From the NCBI GenBank assembly GCA_045650505.1, contig JAZRRE010000002.1:5983-69982 (forward strand): a stretch of DNA of 64,000 nt. The letters are read 5' to 3'. Below the pieces are notes generated by a model, which was given only the letters and a program-made list of their open reading frames with translations, did no database searches and was not told the origin of the DNA. The stretch comes from Clostridia bacterium (GTDB lineage: Bacteria > Bacillota > Clostridia > Christensenellales > UBA1242). Each line of letters opens with the position of its first letter. Position 1 is the stretch's first letter. Shown in pieces: positions 57,398 to 64,000 of this stretch. A program made the position numbers and the translations under genes.

Positions 57398-57991
57398 ATG
57401 GAATTAAATGTTAAAAATGTATATAATATCAATTGTGATTGGTTTGCTCATGGAAAGGATGCGGCAGGAAATAGCAAAAACAGTTGGAATGGAGAAATTG
57501 TTGTTTTAGGCAATAATTCATGTTTTGGTTATGCAACTGATAATGGACATAAATCACCAACACATTTGCTTGTTGGAGCCATGGTTGAAGGAAGTGGTTT
57601 AACCATTTGCAAAATTCATTTGACAAATTCTGTTTATGACCCAATTATATTTGATGCGTTTGCTAATCATGCAGGTGAAGAAAATTCATATTATGGTGAA
57701 TTTTTGGCAAAAACATATTTCAATTATGTTCCTATGGGTGTTACAACCATAAAAACTCAAGAAATGAAAGTTTCAAGAGAAGATATTGAAAAGATTGCAG
57801 AAACATATGATAAAATGCAAAAAACAATTGAAGGTAGGGTTGATATAACTTCATTAACACTTAAAGAGTATAATGAGTTAGATTATAATGATATGTCAAC
57901 AAAACTTCAAATTGTTGCAAATAATGAGTATAATAATGATTTACCAGACATTTTATTAAATAAAACAGGTTCTCAACCAAGTAGTAATTAG
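57398..57991 (+). CDS. Hypothetical protein, paralog 2 of a tandem pair
   Basis: 197 aa with RBS GGAGA. Colinear similarity to 56715..57377. Confidence 0.7.
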   Translation: MELNVKNVYNINCDWFAHGKDAAGNSKNSWNGEIVVLGNNSCFGYATDNGHKSPTHLLVGAMVEGSGLTICKIHLTNSVYDPIIFDAFANHAGEENSYYGEFLAKTYFNYVPMGVTTIKTQEMKVSREDIEKIAETYDKMQKTIEGRVDITSLTLKEYNELDYNDMSTKLQIVANNEYNNDLPDILLNKTGSQPSSN

Positions 57992-57995
57992 GTAT

Positions 57996-58027
57996 TAAAA
58001 AAACAGGTTATGAAACCTGTTTTTTTT
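57996..58027. terminator. Bidirectional terminator
   Basis: acaggtt/aacctgt hairpin flanked by A7 and T8. Confidence 0.75.
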
Positions 58028-58292
58028 ATTTTTCTTCATCTTCGTCATCGTCAAGACCATACATTTTGTAAAAATCATCAAGTGATGGCTCACCAGCAGT
58101 CATATCGATTTTGTCGATAGGAATTTCAACAAAACCTTTTTCGTTTGTGTTATATTCACTTATGCAAGCACCACAGTTGTCGCAAATTTTGGTAGGGTCT
58201 AAATCGCATCTGTCACATTCACCGCAGTCATTACATTTTTTATCATCTTCAAGAACACACATTCCGTGTTCATCACCATGTTTAATTTTCAT
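58026..58292 (-). CDS. Small acidic cysteine-rich protein (CxxCxxCxxC ... CxxCxxC)
   Basis: 88 aa with CNDCGECDRC and CDNCGAC clusters and a C-terminal DDDEDEEK. Strong RBS AAGGAG. Confidence 0.65.
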   Translation of the reverse strand: MKIKHGDEHGMCVLEDDKKCNDCGECDRCDLDPTKICDNCGACISEYNTNEKGFVEIPIDKIDMTAGEPSLDDFYKMYGLDDDEDEEK

Positions 58293-58358
58293 AAATTCTC
58301 CTTATAACATATTTATTATAAAATTAAAATTTGAAAATATCAAGATTATTTCACAAAA

Positions 58359-59564
58359 TTAAAGAACTTTAGCAGGTTCAATAATTTTATTATTAATTTT
58401 CGAAATCAATGAATTTGCTTTGTTTAGCAACAAAACTGAAATGAATTTTGCAATCATAAAAATAATAATGATAATTGATATTGAGTATTTTATTGGAATA
58501 AATGTGTATATCACAATTCCAATAACATAAGAGATTATTTCAGCAACAAGCCCATATATTCCGTAAAAATAAGTGTGTTCTTCTTTGTTTTCATTTAAAA
58601 TAGGGAATTTGATGCTGTTAAAAAGATCAGCATTTTCTTTGTTTGTGTAAGTTGCACTTGCAATTTGGTTAATAAAATAATAAACCACATATGTTATTTT
58701 GTTAGGGAATGCAATGAGTAGTATTGATGATGCAATCAATACTAATATTGATGAGTTTAAAACTATATTTCTTGACTTTTTGAATTTAACAAAAATTGGA
58801 AGCCAAAAAATTGTTACAACATATGCAATTGTTGAGTAAATTCCAATTGAAAACTCACTTCCAATTTCCATAAACAACATAATAGGAATAAGTGTTGCAA
58901 CAACACCAGCTTCTGACATTCTTTTAAAACTGTGAGCAAGATAGATATATTTCATATGAGGGTATTCTTTGCAGTCTTTCATATATCCTTTTGGTCTAAA
59001 AATAAAGTCAGCACCTGTCGAATTCATTTGAAAACTTAAAATGAACATTATCACAACGATTATCAGCATTAAACTAAACAAGATAAACACATTCACATAA
59101 GCAAAGAGATATGAAACAATTAAACTGAATGTAACTTTAACAACAGTGTTAAAAACCACTTTCGTTGCTAAAAATTTGTCAGATTCTTGTTTATCTACAA
59201 ATTGAATAGTTGCAATTTCTTGTGGTATGTAAAAACACATATTTTTAACATATCTTAATGAATTAATAAATATTAACGCGAATGCAAAACCCGAATTTAT
59301 TGTCATTGATAAAATAATTAAGATAAATGACAATATAAAACTGCTTCGATATATCCAGGTTGCGGTTTTTCCGTTCAAGATTTTATAAAAAGGATAATAA
59401 AGAATGATAGCAATAATAACGCCAACCATATAACAAGCGAAAATGTATGTTATATTTGTTGTTACATTTTGCAAAATGTAAATATTAAAAAACAACTCAT
59501 AAAAAACATCTAAAAAACAAATGAGTGATGAAATTGAAATAATAACTTTTTTTTCTTTTGTCAT
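58359..59564 (-). CDS. Polytopic membrane protein (MFS-like transporter candidate)
   Basis: ~400 aa with ~11-12 hydrophobic segments. ATG 59564 is preferred over TTG 59573 on RBS spacing. Confidence 0.6.
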   Translation of the reverse strand: MTKEKKVIISISSLICFLDVFYELFFNIYILQNVTTNITYIFACYMVGVIIAIILYYPFYKILNGKTATWIYRSSFILSFILIILSMTINSGFAFALIFINSLRYVKNMCFYIPQEIATIQFVDKQESDKFLATKVVFNTVVKVTFSLIVSYLFAYVNVFILFSLMLIIVVIMFILSFQMNSTGADFIFRPKGYMKDCKEYPHMKYIYLAHSFKRMSEAGVVATLIPIMLFMEIGSEFSIGIYSTIAYVVTIFWLPIFVKFKKSRNIVLNSSILVLIASSILLIAFPNKITYVVYYFINQIASATYTNKENADLFNSIKFPILNENKEEHTYFYGIYGLVAEIISYVIGIVIYTFIPIKYSISIIIIIFMIAKFISVLLLNKANSLISKINNKIIEPAKVL

Positions 59565-59588
59565 AAAAATCAAATCCTAAATAAATTA

Positions 59589-60137
59589 TTATATAAATAT
59601 TTTGTCAAAAATCTCAAAGATTTGGTCATAAATTTTGTGGTTTCTAAAAGCAAGTTCGCTGTCACCTGATTTAAGCCTTGTTTTGAATTCTTCATAATTC
59701 ATATAAACAACTTCTGAAAGTTCTTCTTTTTGAATGGTTATTTTAGAAATTGGAATATCTGCTAAAATATAAAAGTGATTAGAAAAACAATGATTTGTGT
59801 CGTTTCTGCCTCTGGTAACCAAAAGTTTGTTGATTGGATAACTTGAAACATCAACACCAAGTTCTTCTTGAATTTCTCGAATAACGGTTTCTTCAAGAGT
59901 ATCAAAACCAGAAACATGACCCATACAAAGTGCTAGTTTGTTTGGATTAGACTTTTTGTTTGCAGCTCTTCTTTGAAGCAAAATGGTTTTATCTTTTGGG
60001 TTTAAAATCCAAAGAGCAATTTCGTTGTGCCACAATAAATTTTCGTGAACAACGCTTCGTTTTTCAAGTTTGTTTGTTGAATTGCCGTATTCATCTAAAA
60101 CGAGTAGCATTTCTTCATTGTTTAAAACTTCTTTCAT
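59589..60137 (-). CDS. NUDIX hydrolase
   Basis: Nudix box GHVSGFDTLEETVIREIQEELG. ATG 60137 follows GGAGA. Own promoter is aTGACA (60177-60182), 17 nt, TGcTAAAAT (-10 at 60154-60159). Confidence 0.82.
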   Translation of the reverse strand: MKEVLNNEEMLLVLDEYGNSTNKLEKRSVVHENLLWHNEIALWILNPKDKTILLQRRAANKKSNPNKLALCMGHVSGFDTLEETVIREIQEELGVDVSSYPINKLLVTRGRNDTNHCFSNHFYILADIPISKITIQKEELSEVVYMNYEEFKTRLKSGDSELAFRNHKIYDQIFEIFDKIFI

Positions 60138-60183
60138 AATTATCTCCAAACATATTTTAGCATAATAAAAATAAATTGTCATG

Positions 60184-60212
60184 AAAAAAGACCACTTGAT
60201 TTCAAGTGGTCT
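60184..60212 (-). terminator. Intrinsic terminator after tRNA-Trp
   Basis: agaccacttga/tcaagtggtct hairpin followed by a U-run on the minus strand. Confidence 0.75.
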
Positions 60213-60218
60213 TTTGTT

Positions 60219-60292
60219 TGGCAGGGGTGGAAGGAGTCGAACCCTCCTCTGGAGTTTTGGAGACTCTCATTCTACCGATGAACTACACCCCT
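60219..60292 (-). tRNA. trnW: tRNA-Trp (anticodon CCA)
   Basis: Minus-strand 74-nt cloverleaf AGGGGTG-TA-GTTC...GAAT-G-AGAGT-CTCCAAA-ACTCC-...GAGGG-TTCGACT-CCTTC-CACCCCT-G-CCA. Close to E. coli tRNA-Trp, with encoded CCA. The anticodon stem has an A27/C43 mismatch. Confidence 0.9.
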
Positions 60293-60304
60293 AACAACAA
60301 AAAG

Positions 60305-60342
60305 AGTATATCATAAATTTAAGTTTTATGTCAATATATTTT
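60305..60342 (-). promoter_or_regulatory. SigA-type promoter of tRNA-Trp
   Basis: On the minus strand: TTGACA (60337-60342), 18 nt including the TG extension, TATACT (60305-60310). Confidence 0.6.
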
Positions 60343-60404
60343 TGCCATAATTTAATTGTTAAAAGTGTTTATTTGTGATAATATATTTTTGATAGGAGAG
60401 TTTT

Positions 60405-61265
60405 ATGAATTTAATTTTAGTTGATGGATTAAATGAAAATGAATTTAAAATCATAAAAAATGCAAAGGGTATTGATAAAGCAGAAGTTTTAAAACTTGCA
60501 GAATTTGATTTGTCTAAAATTAGTAATTATGAAAATATAACAATTTATGCAGGATTATTCTTAAATTTTGTAACCAGCAATTTTATTTTCAGTGTTGAAA
60601 GAATTATAAATGAAAATATTAAAAAATTGCAAATCGGTGTTATTTTTGTTGAAAATTTGGGTGAAAATGCAAAAATTGCTATCGATTGGTTAAATTTAAT
60701 TAATGAAAGATATTCGTTAGCCTTTAAAGTAAAATCTGAAATAGATAGATATAATTTTGCAGATGAAATCGCGGTAAAAGAAACTTCTAATGAGTCAAAA
60801 TTAAGCCAAAATCAGGCTGATAATCTTGTTACAATTTATACCGATGGCGCTTGTTCAGGAAATCCTGGTGCTGGTGGTTGGGGAGCGATTTTATTCCACG
60901 GTTCACACAAAAAAGAAATATCAGGTTTTGAACCAAACACTACAAATAATAAAATGGAAATCACTGCAGTCATTCGTGCACTAGAACTTTTGAAAGCACC
61001 TTGCAGTGTTGAATTATATTCAGATTCTGCATATGTTGTGAACGCAATTAAACTTGGTTGGCTTGAAAATTGGAAAAAGAATAATTGGCTTGGTTCAGAT
61101 AAAAAACAAGTGAAAAACATTGAATATTGGAAACGACTTGATGAACTTATGAATATTCATAATGTTAATTTCAATAAAGTTAAAGGTCACGCAGATAACG
61201 AATTTAATAATCGTTGTGACGAACTTGCGACCGGAGAAATTGCAAGCCATGCAAACGACCTATAA
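60405..61265 (+). CDS. rnhA: Ribonuclease HI with ~140-aa N-terminal extension of unknown function
   Basis: C-terminal [20 protein letters not shown]...NNKMEITAV...[10 protein letters not shown]...[17 protein letters not shown] gives the DEDD catalytic contexts. The N-terminal domain is not recognisable. Confidence 0.85.
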   Translation: MNLILVDGLNENEFKIIKNAKGIDKAEVLKLAEFDLSKISNYENITIYAGLFLNFVTSNFIFSVERIINENIKKLQIGVIFVENLGENAKIAIDWLNLINERYSLAFKVKSEIDRYNFADEIAVKETSNESKLSQNQADNLVTIYTDGACSGNPGAGGWGAILFHGSHKKEISGFEPNTTNNKMEITAVIRALELLKAPCSVELYSDSAYVVNAIKLGWLENWKKNNWLGSDKKQVKNIEYWKRLDELMNIHNVNFNKVKGHADNEFNNRCDELATGEIASHANDL

Positions 61266-61268
61266 AAT

Positions 61269-61304
61269 AAAAAAAACACCGATTAATTTATCGGTGTTTT
61301 TTTA
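61269..61304. terminator. Bidirectional terminator
   Basis: acaccgat/atcggtgt hairpin flanked by A8 and T7. Confidence 0.8.
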
Positions 61305-61305
61305 T

Positions 61306-63726
61306 TTAAACATTAAAGTTTTTTGAATAATAAAGTGCCATATGAATAAGTGTTGAAATGATTGGTGCAAAACTAATAATTGTTGGAATAACCCAAAGCA
61401 AATGGTTATAGTGACTTTGAGTGAAACTATAGAAGCCCATTTGAAGGTTTAAACAATATGTTATAAGCAATAATTGAATTGTGATAATTACGGCAATAAA
61501 AATCATAATTCTTGGTGCAATTTTTGCAGGAACTTTTTTGTATGGGTTTATTACAAACATTATGGTGTGATATATTGCATACACAATAAATGGAATGAAT
61601 CCAATTAAGAAATATTTAAATGAGAAATTTTCAATTGATTGTGCACTTGTGTTGTTCATAATGATAAACACAGCAGACAAAACAAACACATAACCAAAGA
61701 GCAATATTAAACTTTTAATCAAATTCATTTTATTTGAAAGTAAATAATTTCTGTCAACATCCTCTGTATGTCCATTTGATTTTTTATATTCTTTTACCAA
61801 AATACCATCGCTTGCAAATTCGGTCTTTAAAGTCTTGATATCTTTAACCTTGCTCATAATTTCTTCATTATTCACACATTCATTTGTTATTTCTTGTGTG
61901 TCATTAGAAGTTTTTGAATAGGCTGAAAGATTATTAAGTTTTTGTTTGTAATTATTTTCAGTAAATCTTGGTGTGAATGTTTTAAACTCTTCATTTGAAT
62001 CAATATAACTTGATGAATAATCATTCATATTTTTTGAAATAATATCATCAAAAGAAGCAAATGATGATGACTCTGTTTCTTCAGATGAAGAATAAATTCT
62101 TTCTTCATCATCATTTGAATTGTTATAACCATATTGGTTATTATAGTTTTCAACTTGTTCATTAAATGAAATAGTGTCTTCTGTTTCATAATTTGAACTT
62201 GTGTCGAAACTGATAGAAGAATATTCGTCTTTAACACTTGAATAATCTGCTGTGTCTAAACTGTTAAAGTAACCATTGTTGTTTGAGTTTTTAAGTTCAG
62301 CAAGTTCATCTAAATAATCATCAGTATTAGTTTCTTGTTTAAAATTGATAATATCTTTTGATTCTTCTTGATTTGCAATATTTGTGATTAATTCTTCTTC
62401 AATTTCAGAATCAAGTTCTTCTGCATTTTCTTCAACTTCTTCATCAAAATTATATGAGCTTTGTTCAAAGTTTCCAAATTCATTAAGATTTTTAATTGCG
62501 TTTGAAAGTTCATTAATTTGGTTGTCAATTGAACTTTGACTTAAATAGTTTCTATCAGAAAGCAAGTCTTCTTGAACAACATTAAGGTCGTCACTTTTAA
62601 GTGTTTCAATTTCATCATTTTTATTTAAGTGATTAATATATGAATTTTTATCACCATAATATTCATTGATTTCTTCATCTTCTTGACCGCGAAGTTTTGA
62701 CAAAATGTTCATTTCATTAGCTGTTTGATTGGTGAGTGTGTTTGTTGGAATGTCTAAATCATCATCTTCTTCATCATAAGATGTTTTGTTGTAACTTCTA
62801 ACATAAACGTGTTCATCTTCTTCAGATTCATCTTCAAGATTGCCAAGTGACATTTCTTCTTCAAGAAGGGATGTATATTCATCAGTGATTTCATTGATTT
62901 CTTCGTTATCTAAATCAATGTTATCAAGTGAAAAGTCTTTGTCTAAATATTCTTCATCATCAGAGTTGACTTCATCAGATGAATAGATTGATTTTGTATA
63001 ATCATTTTCATCTTCATCAACATCTTCATTATCAATAATTTCATTTTCATCAATATTGATTTTGTCATAAATATCAGGAATTTTAAAGCGTTTTTGATTA
63101 GGGTAATCTGCTTCAGCATCGTCATTGTCATCAAGATAGTCAATTCTTTTTTCAGAAACTTCTTCTATATCAAAAGTTTCATTGTTTTCTTCTTCAATAT
63201 CATTAAACGATTCTTGAATATCTTTTTCAACTTCATCATTTTGAGAAAATTCATCATCTATCAAATCTTCATCAGATTCTTCTGATTCTTCAGCAGGGAG
63301 AGATTCTTGAGGTTGTTCAGGTTTATAGTCAAACTTTTTGCCTTCAATAATTTTCTCATAATCTTCTTTTTTAACTAAACGATATTCATCATAGTCGTGA
63401 TTGCTTAAAAGATTGTCAATGATAAATTTAGACTTTGTCCATTCTTCTTGTTTTTGAAGAAGAGAGTCTTTTCCTTTTTCAGTAAGCTTATAATAATGGC
63501 GTCTTCCTCCAATATCACTGTCAAGCCAATATGATGAAATAAGCTCTTGATTTTCAAGACGCTTTAAGCAACTATAAAGTGTTGGTTGTTTAAGTTCATA
63601 AGTTCCATTGCTACGAATTTCAACTTCTTTAATGATGTCAAGACCATATTTGTCGCCATCAAGCATTGTTGTTAAAATAATGGTATCAATGTTACCACGA
63701 ATCAAATCGCTATCAATATTTTTCAT
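61306..63726 (-). CDS. PadR-family wHTH fused to a ~500-aa acidic low-complexity region and a C-terminal 4-5 TM domain
   Basis: The N-terminus ...DTIILTTMLDGDKYGLDIIKEV...LKQPTLYSCLKRLENQELI...RRHYYKLTEKG is PadR-like. A long D/E/N/S-rich middle follows. The C-terminal hydrophobic helices include LILLFGYVFVLSAVFII. Confidence 0.75.
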   Translation of the reverse strand: MKNIDSDLIRGNIDTIILTTMLDGDKYGLDIIKEVEIRSNGTYELKQPTLYSCLKRLENQELISSYWLDSDIGGRRHYYKLTEKGKDSLLQKQEEWTKSKFIIDNLLSNHDYDEYRLVKKEDYEKIIEGKKFDYKPEQPQESLPAEESEESDEDLIDDEFSQNDEVEKDIQESFNDIEEENNETFDIEEVSEKRIDYLDDNDDAEADYPNQKRFKIPDIYDKINIDENEIIDNEDVDEDENDYTKSIYSSDEVNSDDEEYLDKDFSLDNIDLDNEEINEITDEYTSLLEEEMSLGNLEDESEEDEHVYVRSYNKTSYDEEDDDLDIPTNTLTNQTANEMNILSKLRGQEDEEINEYYGDKNSYINHLNKNDEIETLKSDDLNVVQEDLLSDRNYLSQSSIDNQINELSNAIKNLNEFGNFEQSSYNFDEEVEENAEELDSEIEEELITNIANQEESKDIINFKQETNTDDYLDELAELKNSNNNGYFNSLDTADYSSVKDEYSSISFDTSSNYETEDTISFNEQVENYNNQYGYNNSNDDEERIYSSSEETESSSFASFDDIISKNMNDYSSSYIDSNEEFKTFTPRFTENNYKQKLNNLSAYSKTSNDTQEITNECVNNEEIMSKVKDIKTLKTEFASDGILVKEYKKSNGHTEDVDRNYLLSNKMNLIKSLILLFGYVFVLSAVFIIMNNTSAQSIENFSFKYFLIGFIPFIVYAIYHTIMFVINPYKKVPAKIAPRIMIFIAVIITIQLLLITYCLNLQMGFYSFTQSHYNHLLWVIPTIISFAPIISTLIHMALYYSKNFNV

Positions 63727-63954
63727 ACTTTAAATTCCTTATAAGTAATTTGTGCTAAAACTTATACTTTTACCTAATATAATAATAGTATTTATATTTT
63801 TTTTAGTCAAATAAATTAAGCTTTTGCAAGGTTTTTGCGACAAATAAATCACATTTATTTTTTAAATTAACAAACAAACCTTAAAATAGGTGCTTAAATT
63901 TTGTTTAAGTTAAGGGGGTATTTGTGTATAATATCATGTAAGGAGAGATTTGAG

Positions 63955-64000
63955 ATGATAATGCCGGATTATATTGAAAGGTCAAATAGAAAAACTTTAT
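63955..64000 (+). CDS. Start of an ORF truncated by the window end (possibly DUF45/M48-type metallopeptidase)
   Basis: RBS AAGGAGAG, then ATG and MIMPDYIERSNRKTL. Too short for a firm call. Confidence 0.3.
   Translation, partial: MIMPDYIERSNRKTL

Noticed and set aside
60138-60182. Longer NUDIX ORF starting at ATG 60182
   Set aside because: That ATG lies inside the predicted -35 element and abuts the tRNA-Trp terminator. ATG 60137 has a GGAGA RBS and gives a normal NUDIX N-terminus.

Overview
AT-rich (by eye roughly one-third GC) chromosomal segment from a spore-forming Firmicute, Clostridia-like in gene order. Nt 1-52900 is almost entirely plus-strand, tightly packed housekeeping DNA. In order it carries rlmH, a heavy-metal P-type ATPase, argS, queH, cmk, ytxC, a Thr T-box with thrS, the L20 leader with infC-rpmI-rplT, yebC, ruvCAB, queA-tgt-yajC-secD-secF, recJ-relA, rpsO-pnp, ftsK-rimO-pgsA-recA-rny, nrnA-fhs and spoIIAA-spoIIAB-sigF. 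The last ~11 kb (52.9-64 kb) has mixed orientation and looks accessory. I saw no CRISPR array, transposase, integrase or rRNA; the only tRNA is a stand-alone tRNA-Trp(CCA). The most unusual items are listed here. (1) Three consecutive orphan modules (strong promoter, 45-95 nt structured RNA, terminator) sit between thrS/GNAT and the infC leader. (2) A catalytically degenerate FtsK-like paralog with a long acidic N-terminus lies directly downstream of the real ftsK. (3) A zeta-toxin-like kinase with a small upstream partner is wedged between yebC and ruvC. (4) A serine-palmitoyltransferase-like alpha-oxoamine synthase is divergent from a degenerate PlsC-like acyltransferase, followed by two tandem paralogs of unknown function. 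(5) Several accessory genes appear to be leaderless. All calls come from reading the sequence and ORF translations; no searches were run.
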